Source: Nitrosopumilus sp. (GTDB taxonomy: Bacteria; Bacteroidota; Bacteroidia; Flavobacteriales_D; Sanyastnellaceae). Taken from it: a DNA stretch of 64,000 bases. The notes beneath the pieces were generated by a model. That model had not been told where the DNA came from and ran no database searches. It was given only the letters and a program-made list of their open reading frames with translations. Of this stretch, positions 56,301 through 64,000 are shown piece after piece (the stretch's first letter is position 1; each line of letters opens with the position of its first letter). Location of the stretch: positions 13,887 through 77,886 of the forward strand of contig CAXQGL010000056.1 of the NCBI GenBank assembly GCA_964223495.1. The letters are read 5' to 3'. A program made the position numbers and the translations under genes.

Positions 56301-57709
56301 GTGGTGATGGCGATGGCCCCGTCCACCACGTTGCAGCTGTCATCGTCGATGATGGCGTCAGCGTCGTAATTGTCGGCAGCGGGGTTGGTGCAGCCGAGCT
56401 TCTGGAAATCGTTGGCGTCGCGCGGCTCGATGCTGTTGCCGAATCCGCCGTTGATGGCCCCGGTGATCCGGTAGGAATCGCCCAGCATGGCGCCCTGCTC
56501 CGTGAAACCGTCATATCCCATGTCGTCCACGGTGTGGTTGCCCGAGCCATCGTCGATGGTGAATTCACCAAAGTTGTTGAGTTCGCCGGTAATGGCGCCG
56601 GTCACTTGGCAGAGCACGCCTTCATACTCCTCCAGATTTGCGTCTGCAGTAGAAAGGACGGTCGGGGCCGGGAGCGCATTTCCGCTGTTGAGGATGGTCG
56701 CAGTGGCGGAGGTCAACTGCGTGCCTCCATTGAAGCTGCCCACAGTTCCTGTGACGATCACACTGTCACCGAGGGCCACCTGGGTTCCACTGCCGTCGAG
56801 CAGTCCACCACTGACATAGACGAAGATGCCACTCCAGGCACCCGTTCCATCCTGGATGGACGTATTGCTGCCATAGACCCCGGTCACGATGCCCCGCACG
56901 TCGACCACCTGACCGTTGTATGCACCGTCGTCCGCTGCCCCCATGTCCTGCTGTATGGTGCTGATGGTGACTTCGGCCGGGTAAGTGCAGCTGCCGTCAT
57001 CGACGCCCGCATTCGGATTGTAATTGGTGGCCTCGGGATCGGTGCAGCCCGATGTGGTCGTCACAGGGCAAGTAACACCTGTGTAGACATGGGTGCCGTA
57101 CCCTTCGAGGCCGTTGTTGAGCGCGTAGTCGTTTTCGAGGACGATCCACTCACTGGACAGGCTGTCTCCCGCACTGGTCACCCAATCACCTCCGTTTCCG
57201 ATGGAGATGTCCGAATTCCTGCGCAAAGTGTGGTTGGCGGTGGCCGTCGAAACTCCAGCAACGTCCCAGCCTGAACCCGGGTCGCCGTTGAAATCTCCGA
57301 TGGCATCGACTGCCGTGTAGGAAGCTTCGGTGCCTTGGACCAGCATGAATCCATCATCTCCGTTGGAGAGGAAATTGAAAGTATGGTCTGCGAGGGTAAG
57401 CAAAAGAGAATCCGCAAAGCCATGGACGATGAGATAAGTTCCACCTGAGGCGATGGTTGCGCCGTCAGGGAAGCTGTTCCAGAACTCGTATTCGCCCACC
57501 ACGGTCGGGGCATTGCTGACGTTTGGAAAGGCGTATCCTCCGAGGTTGATGTCCGATGGGGTCGGGTTGTAGATCTCGAGGTACTTGTTGTTGGATGAGC
57601 CTTCGGCATACTCACTGAAGAACAGTGAACAGTCTTGGGCTTGGGCAAGGGTGGAGAGCATCAGTATGCTCCACAGAATGGAGAGGGACTTCCTCATGGT
57701 GAATTGCAT
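53381..57709 (-). CDS. Giant secreted modular protein with 3 lamin-tail-like domains, 3 OB-like (ExeM/NucH N-terminal type) modules, 9 short two-Cys linkers and a dockerin-like C-terminal tail. No nuclease domain is seen.
   Basis: Signal peptide MRKSLSILWSILMLSTLAQA. FSEYAEGSSNNKYLEIYNPT (aa 31-50) and ISEIAEGSSNNKYLEIYNPT (aa 686-705). Classical LTD IVNEIHYNP...FAEFYN (aa 1184-1209). Three modules of the form GIVTGVY...QDGTGAWSGIFVY...GD.V.VTG...NLEEYEGVL. The C-terminus is CPTDLNGDGTTSVSDLLILLGAFATDCE. Confidence 0.8.
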   Translation of the reverse strand: MQFTMRKSLSILWSILMLSTLAQAQDCSLFFSEYAEGSSNNKYLEIYNPTPSDINLGGYAFPNVSNAPTVVGEYEFWNSFPDGATIASGGTYLIVHGFADSLLLTLADHTFNFLSNGDDGFMLVQGTEASYTAVDAIGDFNGDPGSGWDVAGVSTATANHTLRRNSDISIGNGGDWVTSAGDSLSSEWIVLENDYALNNGLEGYGTHVYTGVTCPVTTTSGCTDPEATNYNPNAGVDDGSCTYPAEVTISTIQQDMGAADDGAYNGQVVDVRGIVTGVYGSNTSIQDGTGAWSGIFVYVSGGLLDGSGTQVALGDSVIVTGTVGSFNGGTQLTSATATILNSGNALPAPTVLSTADANLEEYEGVLCQVTGAITGELNNFGEFTIDDGSGNHTVDDMGYDGFTEQGAMLGDSYRITGAINGGFGNSIEPRDANDFQKLGCTNPAADNYDADAIIDDDSCNVVDGAIAITTIQQGQALEPPVFTDSLVTISGIVTGVYGSLFSVQQGQGAYSGIYGFNPEVAVTVGDFVSLTGVIDEYFDLTQIVGVGGNPITTAILSQGNDLPTPEVLGTAAVNMEEWEGVLVQTTGAVSSPDLGNGEWGIDDASGEVRVDDRGWDHQATGEVLINAQFQVTAPLHYSFGNYKLIPREEADVLLYGCTLPNADNYTPGSDIDDGSCTGSEPCDLFISEIAEGSSNNKYLEIYNPTNGPVSLALYTIANQSNGANNTDPAAAAWDFWNDIFPTGGSIAAGETFLIVHPSAAPALLDSADATWQYISNGDDAIGLIYSATASFGNGGDWELIDVVGEPYGLDPGSGWDVAGVTNATQNHTLRRKSDVSYGNGGDWAASAGTSAEDSQWIVLDNDYALNNALEGYNSHDFTGLCAADTEGCTDPLALNYDPTATVDDGSCLFIPNVTIQEINEGLTSGIVTTTGIVTGVYLTDDGSFGNQAAFTMQNGTGAYSGFWVRGSGNTLESIGNVMVGDEVEITGSPDSWYGNDFFPNPTITVLSSGNPLPAAEVLATGDVNLEEWEAVLVTVTAECDNPDLGFAEWSVNDGSGGARVNDRAYDAFGAGVVEAGRTYRVTAPTGYAYGNWKIEPRDSTDVVRLGCTDASFPNYWPLANEDDGSCANIPGCTDPAADNYNPDATSDDGSCIITGCTDPTALNYEASATVADNDLCYYTLPNIIVNEIHYNPCDAQGGDFDWEFAEFYNAGAEADISGYEVWFAFSDPTSISLAMTFPEGTVIPADSYFLVVPGLVAQSNYEAMGITTFLMDNGNWGNGGGTAQLQDAYGNIVDAVTYDDAAPWPSQEISVLGNVLAASPDGGCASLELIATDLNNDDPDNWQNSWVDNGTPGAANSSAFGCTDGQACNYSDQALFDDGTCNYDCYGCTYPEATNYDETATIDDGTCEVSTANPCPTDLNGDGTTSVSDLLILLGAFATDCE

Positions 57710-57822
57710 GATGGGTTTGGTGGGTTGAAATTACCCTCCGGGTGCGCCAAACAATGAGTTGTGGATAGAGGGTTAACTCAATCGTCACATTATAAATCGA
57801 TGGGGGCCATTAATTGACCCCC

Positions 57823-58425
57823 TTACTCGAATAACACACCCTGCGCTCCCCTGAAAGTTCGTCTGTGTTCGGCAGTCACACCGTGAATCCGAATGGCTTC
57901 GCGGTGCGCCTTGGTCGGATATCCCTTGTTCGTGACCCAGTCGTAATGGGGGTGCTCGGAGGCCATGGCCTTCATGTACGCATCCCTGTGGGTCTTGGCC
58001 AGGATGCTCGCCGCGGCGATGGACAGGAAACGCCCATCCCCCTTGATTTCGCAGGAATGCGGAAGTGTGTGGGACTGGAAACGGTTCCCGTCGATCAGCA
58101 GGAATTCGGGTGTGGTGGACAATGCATCGATGGCGCGGTGCATCGCGAGGTGGGTGGCCTTGAGGATGTTCAACCGCTCAATTTCCTCCACGGAAGCCCA
58201 GCCTACCGCCCAGGCTGCAGCCTCCTTCTCGATGTGTTCGCGGAGGACATCGCGCAGCCCTTCCTTGAGGTTCTTGCTGTCATCCAAACCCAGCGCCACC
58301 CAATGGGCACCTTCAGGGCCAGGAATGACCGCGGCGGCCGTCACGGGGCCCGCCAAACAACCCCGTCCGGCCTCATCGACACCGGCTTCCAACCGGCCTG
58401 GTTCCAGCGCTTCCAGCAGGGGCAT
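57823..58425 (-). CDS. rnhB: Ribonuclease HII
   Basis: Trimmed to ATG 58425 (MPLLEALEP). Motif GVDEAGRGCLAGPV. The start overlaps the glycosyltransferase stop by 1 nt. Confidence 0.9.
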   Translation of the reverse strand: MPLLEALEPGRLEAGVDEAGRGCLAGPVTAAAVIPGPEGAHWVALGLDDSKNLKEGLRDVLREHIEKEAAAWAVGWASVEEIERLNILKATHLAMHRAIDALSTTPEFLLIDGNRFQSHTLPHSCEIKGDGRFLSIAAASILAKTHRDAYMKAMASEHPHYDWVTNKGYPTKAHREAIRIHGVTAEHRRTFRGAQGVLFE

Positions 58426-59627
58426 CAAGCCGTCTTTCGGGTATGAGTTCCGCCCTTGCCGAGGGAAATGCCCACGTCCGCCGCGGCCTGCTCGATGCAA
58501 TTCCACATCAATCCTGCCGTCCGGTCCCAACTGAAATCATCGGCGCGGTCCATTCCCCGCTCGATGAGCGACTGCCGCAGTGCAGGTTCCCGTTCCATCC
58601 TGAGCATGGCCTCGGCAACTGAATGCGCATTCCCCGGATCCACCTCCAAACCGGCGCCCTTCGCCACTTCGGGCAATGAAGTCCGGTTTCCATGGATGAC
58701 CGGAGTCCCCGCAGCAAAGGCTTCGATCATGGGGATCCCGAATCCTTCGAACCAAGGGATGAAGACCATGGCGCCCGCCGCGGAAAGGACCTTGGCCAAC
58801 TCCACTTGGGGCAACCAACCCGATTGGTGCACATGCTGACGCTCCTTCTCGCCCAGGACATCCAGGGCCCTGCGCGCATCGAAACGTCTGCGGCGCCACA
58901 GCGCAGAACCCACGAGAAGCAGGTCCCATTGCCCCCCCATTTTCCGGTATTCGATGAAGGCGGACAACAAACCATCGAGGTTCTTTCTGGGGTGTTGGGT
59001 CCCCACGAAGATGAAAAACGGCCTTCCGCCCGTCATCCTCGCCTGGATGACCCGGTCCTGGTGATCTTCCTCCACACCTTGAGGCACCGAATGATAGGCC
59101 GATCCCGTCCCGTTGTAGACCACATCGATGTGATCACGGGCCACGCCATAACGCTCCGCAATGTCACGCGCACTGAATTCACTGACCGTGGCGACCCGAA
59201 CCGCCCTTCTCGCCGCATCCGGGAATCTCCGCCGGTAATGCCGCGACACCCCATCAGGCAGCCATTCCGGGTGGTGCTCGAAATTGAGGTCATGCTGCAC
59301 GGCAATCTGCGGAATGGTCGTCCGGTTGCTCAGGAATCCATCAGGGGATACGAAGAGGTCCGCACCGACCTTGTTCAGGATGCGTGGCACACTGTAGTCG
59401 AACCACCAATCGATGAGAAAGGGGCGGCGCGCCGGAGGCCAGATCCAATGGCACTCCACATTGGCTCCGGGGAACAAGTCCAACGGAGGCCTGCGGTCAA
59501 ACAACAGGTGGAAGCGATGCTGCGGATGGGCCGTGATCATGCGCTGCACGGTCTCCAGGGTAAACCAGCCGATGCCGTCCAATTTCCCCGGCACGACGAG
59601 CCTCGTGTTGATCACCACCACCGCCAT
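58425..59627 (-). CDS. Glycosyltransferase family 4 (GT-B, Glycos_transf_1)
   Basis: EGFGIPMIEAFAAGTPVI (E-x7-E region) in the C-terminal half. Confidence 0.82.
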   Translation of the reverse strand: MAVVVINTRLVVPGKLDGIGWFTLETVQRMITAHPQHRFHLLFDRRPPLDLFPGANVECHWIWPPARRPFLIDWWFDYSVPRILNKVGADLFVSPDGFLSNRTTIPQIAVQHDLNFEHHPEWLPDGVSRHYRRRFPDAARRAVRVATVSEFSARDIAERYGVARDHIDVVYNGTGSAYHSVPQGVEEDHQDRVIQARMTGGRPFFIFVGTQHPRKNLDGLLSAFIEYRKMGGQWDLLLVGSALWRRRRFDARRALDVLGEKERQHVHQSGWLPQVELAKVLSAAGAMVFIPWFEGFGIPMIEAFAAGTPVIHGNRTSLPEVAKGAGLEVDPGNAHSVAEAMLRMEREPALRQSLIERGMDRADDFSWDRTAGLMWNCIEQAAADVGISLGKGGTHTRKTA

Positions 59628-59759
59628 GCGGCGAAACTACGACTTGCCCCGAGTGAAAGTTGAAACTAAACCCATACCTGATGGCCCGCATTCACCGTTG
59701 GGCCAACAGTCCGGTGCATCTTAGCGCTCCGGTACCCACCGAAATACCGAACGCAGACC

Positions 59760-60752
59760 ATGGAGCACCACCAGTCACCCGATCACGCCCCGGACGAAAC
59801 CCTGCTCCGCAAAGTGTGGGGTTGGCGCACTCCGCTGATCGTCGCCGGCCTCATCGGCGGCATGCTCAGCGCAGCCGCTTCCTTTCTCATCGAGCCGGAA
59901 TTCCAATCCTCCGTTGTGTTGTTCGCCCTGCCGCAGCAATCCATCGGAGCGCAGTTCTACGAATCCGAGAAGCGGGAGGACATCCTCGCCTACGGTGAGA
60001 CCGAGGACGCCGAACGGCTGCTTCAGATTCTGAATTCAGACCGGGTCCGCCGCCGCATCATCGAGAAATACGACCTCTGGATGCATTATGACATCACCCG
60101 CGATGAGCCCGGCGCACAGGCGGACATGGCCAAGAAATATGCCAGCAAGGTCGGCGCGAGCCTGACGCGCTATGGTTCCATACAGATCGATGTTTATGAC
60201 ACCGACCCCGAGATGGCCCGGGACATGGCGAACGACATCGCCAACCTGACCGACTCCGTCGCGAACCAACTCCGGAATGATCGCGCTTTGGAAGCATTCC
60301 GTTACGCCAAACAAAGCCTCGAGCAGCACCAGAAAGGCATTGAACGCATGGAGGATCGGCTCGGCGAATTGCGCAGGGAAGGGGTGTACGATTATCCGGT
60401 GCAGATCGAAGGCCTCAATGAGCAATACGCAACGGCATTGGCCGAAGGCCAGCCTGGCCGGGCTGAGAACATCCTAGGGAAAATGGAGCGGTTGGCGCCC
60501 TATGCGACGGAATTCAACCAGCTCACCACGAAACTGGAGGATGCCTTCGAGCAGGAGGCCGTGCTCAAAAAGCGATTCGACCTCAACAAGCTAGATGCGG
60601 AGTCCCAGATCCCGGCCGCCTTCGTGGTCGACCGGGCCGCGGCGGCCGACAAGAAGGCACGTCCCGTGCGTTGGCTCCTGACCGTGATGGGCGCCATATC
60701 GGTGGCCCTCTCCGCCCTGGTGTTCCTTCTGATGCGGGACGCCGTAGCATGA
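59760..60752 (+). CDS. Wzz/GumC-like polysaccharide chain-length determinant family protein
   Basis: N-terminal TM (LIVAGLIGGMLSAAASFLI), a long coiled periplasmic segment, and a C-terminal TM (LLTVMGAISVALSALVFLL). Confidence 0.55.
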   Translation: MEHHQSPDHAPDETLLRKVWGWRTPLIVAGLIGGMLSAAASFLIEPEFQSSVVLFALPQQSIGAQFYESEKREDILAYGETEDAERLLQILNSDRVRRRIIEKYDLWMHYDITRDEPGAQADMAKKYASKVGASLTRYGSIQIDVYDTDPEMARDMANDIANLTDSVANQLRNDRALEAFRYAKQSLEQHQKGIERMEDRLGELRREGVYDYPVQIEGLNEQYATALAEGQPGRAENILGKMERLAPYATEFNQLTTKLEDAFEQEAVLKKRFDLNKLDAESQIPAAFVVDRAAAADKKARPVRWLLTVMGAISVALSALVFLLMRDAVA

Positions 60753-62272
60753 CCCCCTCCCGCCAGGCGACCGATGCCGCGCGCGTGGATGAACGGCTGA
60801 CCGGACCCCTGTTCAAGGTGGTGCTGGGGTTTGCCCTGCTTCTGTCCGCCGCCATCGCGAAGGAGCAATTCCTCCTCGCAGCGCTGCCGCTCGTGGTGGG
60901 CATCGTTGCCCTGTCGCTGGCGCGGAAAGACCTGTTGCTCCTCGGTCTGGTGGCCACGGTTCCATTGAGCCTGAACCTAGAACAGCTCGAACTGGGGGGT
61001 GTCGGTTTCTACCTTCCCACGGAGCCCATCCTGTTCGGGCTGCTGCTCCTCTTCGCCCTCGACAGAATCCGGGGCATTCCCCTGACGCCCGGGCTGGACG
61101 GGCATCCGGTGACCCGATGGATCCAGCTGATGTTCATCTGGCTCGCCATCACCACGCTGCTTTCATGGGACCCTGTCGTGTCCCTCAAATTCACCGTTGC
61201 ACGGGCCTGGTTCGTGGCCGGCTTCTTCTTCCTGCTCGTGCCCATCGTCACATCAGGCAGGAGGCAGGAACAATTCGTATTGCTCTACCTCGTTCCGCTC
61301 CTCGGCGTCATCATCTACACGGTCATCCGACACGCGGGCTACGGTTTCGACAAGCAAGCGGGCCATTGGGTCATGGAGCCCTTCTACAAGGACCACACGA
61401 GTTACGGTGCCGTCCTGGCCATGTTCTGGTTTCCGGTCTTGGCCCTGCTCCTGAAACCGAACCGCCAGGCCATCGCCAAGCTTGGACTGGCCCTCGCCTT
61501 CCTCGTCCTCACGGCGGGACTGATCCTGTCCTTCACGAGGGCGGCCTGGGTATCCGTCGCGGCAGCAGCGGCGTTGGGCGCCTTGATGATGCTGGGCGTC
61601 AAACTCCGCACCCTCATTTTCGGCGGCATTGTCGCCGCAGGTCTGCTCTTCCTGTCCTGGGACCAATTGCTGATCTCCCTCGAGCGCAACGATCAGGATT
61701 CCTCCGATGACCTGACGGAACACGTCGAATCCATCAGCAACGTGTCGAGCGACGCTTCCAATCTCGAACGGATCAACCGTTGGAGCTGCGCGCTCAGCCT
61801 TTGGTCCGAACGGCCCCTTGTCGGATGGGGACCGGGGACCTATCAGTTCGTCTACGCACCGCATCAGCGGTCGGAACACAGGACCATCATCTCCACCAAC
61901 AATGCGGACCGCGGCAATGCGCACAGTGAGTATCTGGGTCCATTGGCCGAGCAGGGCATTCCCGGCACCGTGATCGTTCTGGGGCTGCTGCTCGCCTGCT
62001 GCAACATGGGCTTCAGGACGTACCGGGCACTTCGTCATCACGACCGCTGGCGCGCCCTATGGGCGCTTTCACTGTATCTGGGTCTGATGACCTACTTCAT
62101 CCATGGGGTACTCAACAATTACCTCGATACGGACAAGGCGAGTGCCCCCTTCTGGGGCTTTCTGGCCATCCTCGTGGTCATGGACCTCGAAATCAGGAGA
62201 AACGGATGGTCAGCAGGGCCGTATCGTCCGCAGGATCGGCCGTCCCCCGGTGCTGCTCCCAATCCACGATGA
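60749..62272 (+). CDS. O-antigen ligase / polymerase-like membrane protein
   Basis: Trimmed to ATG 60749 (ATGA overlap with the previous gene). About 11-12 TM segments. LSFTRAAWVS and a large loop followed by GNAHSEYLGPLAEQG (Wzy_C-like). Confidence 0.7.
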   Translation: MTPSRQATDAARVDERLTGPLFKVVLGFALLLSAAIAKEQFLLAALPLVVGIVALSLARKDLLLLGLVATVPLSLNLEQLELGGVGFYLPTEPILFGLLLLFALDRIRGIPLTPGLDGHPVTRWIQLMFIWLAITTLLSWDPVVSLKFTVARAWFVAGFFFLLVPIVTSGRRQEQFVLLYLVPLLGVIIYTVIRHAGYGFDKQAGHWVMEPFYKDHTSYGAVLAMFWFPVLALLLKPNRQAIAKLGLALAFLVLTAGLILSFTRAAWVSVAAAAALGALMMLGVKLRTLIFGGIVAAGLLFLSWDQLLISLERNDQDSSDDLTEHVESISNVSSDASNLERINRWSCALSLWSERPLVGWGPGTYQFVYAPHQRSEHRTIISTNNADRGNAHSEYLGPLAEQGIPGTVIVLGLLLACCNMGFRTYRALRHHDRWRALWALSLYLGLMTYFIHGVLNNYLDTDKASAPFWGFLAILVVMDLEIRRNGWSAGPYRPQDRPSPGAAPNPR

Positions 62273-63416
62273 TGGCGGTATTCAGGGCTTCGGTCCCTGC
62301 GGCGCGCTCGCGCTCGACCAATTGCTGCAGCCTGTATTCACCGTAGGCTTCCGCGCCCTCGTTCTCCTGCTCCACGAGACCATCGGTGAAGCAGACCAGC
62401 GTGGACCCGCCCTCTGCAACCAGCGTGCCTGCACCGACCTGCGGCAACCGGTCCAGCATGCCCAGTCCCGGGCACCCCTCCCCGAGGAAAGTCGCGGTTC
62501 CCTGGGCAGGCACGAACAGCGGCGGATTGTGGCCACAATTGACGTAGGAGACCGTTCCGGAATCAGGATCGTGGACGGCGAGGAAAAGCGTAATGAAACG
62601 CTCGCCCTGTGCACTGCTGAAGACGCGGTCATTGAGTGACTGGGCAAGGGCTTCCAGCTGGCCATCGTACCGCTCGAGCTGGGCGTGGAGATGGGCCTGG
62701 AAATTCGACATCAGGAATGCCGCGGGCATGCCCTTTCCGCTCACATCCGCCATGGCGATGGCCATCTTGCCGCCCGCCAGTGGCACGGCGTCGTAGTAAT
62801 CCCCTCCCACATGGTGATGCGGGCGGTACCGTGCCGAAAATGAACGGTGCACATCATTGGGCAGAACACTGGGCAACAGCATGCCCTGCATCTCGCCAGC
62901 GAGGGCCAACTCCCTCTCGATTCCGGCCATTCGGATGCGTTCAGCGGTCATCTCCCGGTTGCGCAATGCGACCACCAGGACATTGGTGAGGGTGGTGATG
63001 AAGCGGACATAGCGGATGGAGGGGCTCATCCCACGTCCTTCCTCGCGATCGCCCATCACCACATAGGCAATGACCTCGCCGTCGTGTTCGACCGGGATGG
63101 CCAGATCGAATTCAACCGCCTTGTCTCCGTCGACAATCGCGTGGGCCTTGCCGGACAGCACCTCCTCGGGGTCTTCGATCTGGGGCAGCTGTGCGGGGTA
63201 GCCCCATTCCACCATGCAGCCCCACGCCTCAGCCCCTTGGGGAAGGCAGAACAGGGCCAGCTTGCCGACGCCCATGGCCTCCAGGCTGTTCTGGAACAGC
63301 CCGAACAACTCGTTGTCGGGCACATTCCTGTTGATGGCCTGCGTCAGCTCCAAAAGGGCGTCCGCCTGCTGCCGAAGGCGCCCAAGGCGCTTCTGTGTCC
63401 TGAGATCGGCAGCCAT
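62193..63416 (-). CDS. GAF-domain PP2C/SpoIIE-family protein serine/threonine phosphatase
   Basis: VGGDYYDAVPL...MADVSGKGMPAAFLMS...TDGLVEQEN...DDTALLTIRF. Confidence 0.85.
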   Translation of the reverse strand: MAADLRTQKRLGRLRQQADALLELTQAINRNVPDNELFGLFQNSLEAMGVGKLALFCLPQGAEAWGCMVEWGYPAQLPQIEDPEEVLSGKAHAIVDGDKAVEFDLAIPVEHDGEVIAYVVMGDREEGRGMSPSIRYVRFITTLTNVLVVALRNREMTAERIRMAGIERELALAGEMQGMLLPSVLPNDVHRSFSARYRPHHHVGGDYYDAVPLAGGKMAIAMADVSGKGMPAAFLMSNFQAHLHAQLERYDGQLEALAQSLNDRVFSSAQGERFITLFLAVHDPDSGTVSYVNCGHNPPLFVPAQGTATFLGEGCPGLGMLDRLPQVGAGTLVAEGGSTLVCFTDGLVEQENEGAEAYGEYRLQQLVERERAAGTEALNTAIIVDWEQHRGTADPADDTALLTIRFS

Positions 63417-63422
63417 GGAGGC

Positions 63423-63989
63423 TTACTTCTTGACCCGCTCCGAATAATCGCCCGTCCGGGTGTCCACCTTGATTCGGTCGCCCGTATTGATGAACAATGG
63501 CACCCGCACCTCCGCCCCGGTGTCGATGGTGGCCGGCTTCAATGTGTTCGTTGCCGTGTCGCCCTTCACTCCCGGCTCCGTATACGTGATTTCGGCTTCA
63601 ATGTGGCTCGGAAGGGTGGCACTCAGCGGACGCTCCTCCTCCGCGTGGAAGACGATGAGGCACTTCATTTCGTCCTGCAGGAACTGCGGATTGTCGATGA
63701 GGTGCTTCTCCAGGCTCAGTTGCTCGAAGGTCTCCGAATTCATGAAGTTGTACCCCATGTCGTCCTCGTACAGATAGGTATGCTCCCGGGTCTCCACCCG
63801 GATCACATCGATCTTGGCCCCGGTGTTGTAGGAGTGCTCTATGATCTTGCCATTCTCGAGGTTTTTCATCTTGGTCCAGACGTTGCCTGAACCACGGGCG
63901 GTCTTCTTGTGAAGGAATTCGATGACCTGATACAGCCCGCCCTGGTGGCGCAGGCAGAGGCCGTTCTTGATGTCTGAGGTGGTTGCCAT
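63423..63989 (-). CDS. efp: Elongation factor P with an atypical Arg32 loop
   Basis: MATTSDIKNGLCLRHQGGLYQVIEFLH... and EPGVKGDTATNTLKPATIDTGAEVRVPLFINTGDRIKVDTRTGDYSERV are typical EF-P. Translation was checked by hand from the DNA. Confidence 0.93.
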   Translation of the reverse strand: MATTSDIKNGLCLRHQGGLYQVIEFLHKKTARGSGNVWTKMKNLENGKIIEHSYNTGAKIDVIRVETREHTYLYEDDMGYNFMNSETFEQLSLEKHLIDNPQFLQDEMKCLIVFHAEEERPLSATLPSHIEAEITYTEPGVKGDTATNTLKPATIDTGAEVRVPLFINTGDRIKVDTRTGDYSERVKK

Positions 63990-64000
63990 TGTAATCGGTA

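Overview
The window is a GC-rich, very gene-dense chromosomal segment with about 53 protein genes and 2 tRNAs. Many gene junctions overlap by 1 nt (TGATG) or 4 nt (ATGA). It reads as Bacteroidota: a fused lpxC/fabZ gene, a porV-porU / porP(sprF)-gldJ-murF type IX secretion and gliding cluster, proteins ending in T9SS type A and type B sorting domains, and TAnnTTTG boxes 12 nt upstream of both tRNAs. Most of the content is housekeeping: aroB, lpxD-lpxC/fabZ-lpxA, galE, rpoN, asnS, gpmI, folC, exbB-exbD-tonB, nhaD, a GDH-like gene, anmK, an acyl-CoA dehydrogenase, recG, pdhA plus E2, ispF, murF, tyrS, rnhB and efp. I see no transposase, integrase, CRISPR array, phage genes, recognisable defence system or compositional island. 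The many long extra ORFs in the track are codon-aligned antisense shadows of real genes. I cannot point to a clear-cut new multi-gene system. The best candidates for a second look are listed here. (1) A 1442-aa secreted protein is built from triplicated ExeM/NucH-type non-catalytic modules (lamin-tail domain plus OB-like domain) with no nuclease domain, joined by nine copies of a 21-aa two-Cys linker. (2) Dockerin-like Ca-binding C-terminal tails sit on that protein and on a PAP2/vanadium-haloperoxidase-like enzyme, giving a third C-terminal tag class next to T9SS type A and B tags. (3) EF-P has Arg32 in a TARGSG loop instead of the KPGKG lysine loop. (4) A left-edge protein carries about 10 tandem Cys-rich / thrombospondin-type-3-like modules with perfect 32-nt DNA repeats. 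All functional calls come from motif recognition by eye; no BLAST or HMM search was possible.
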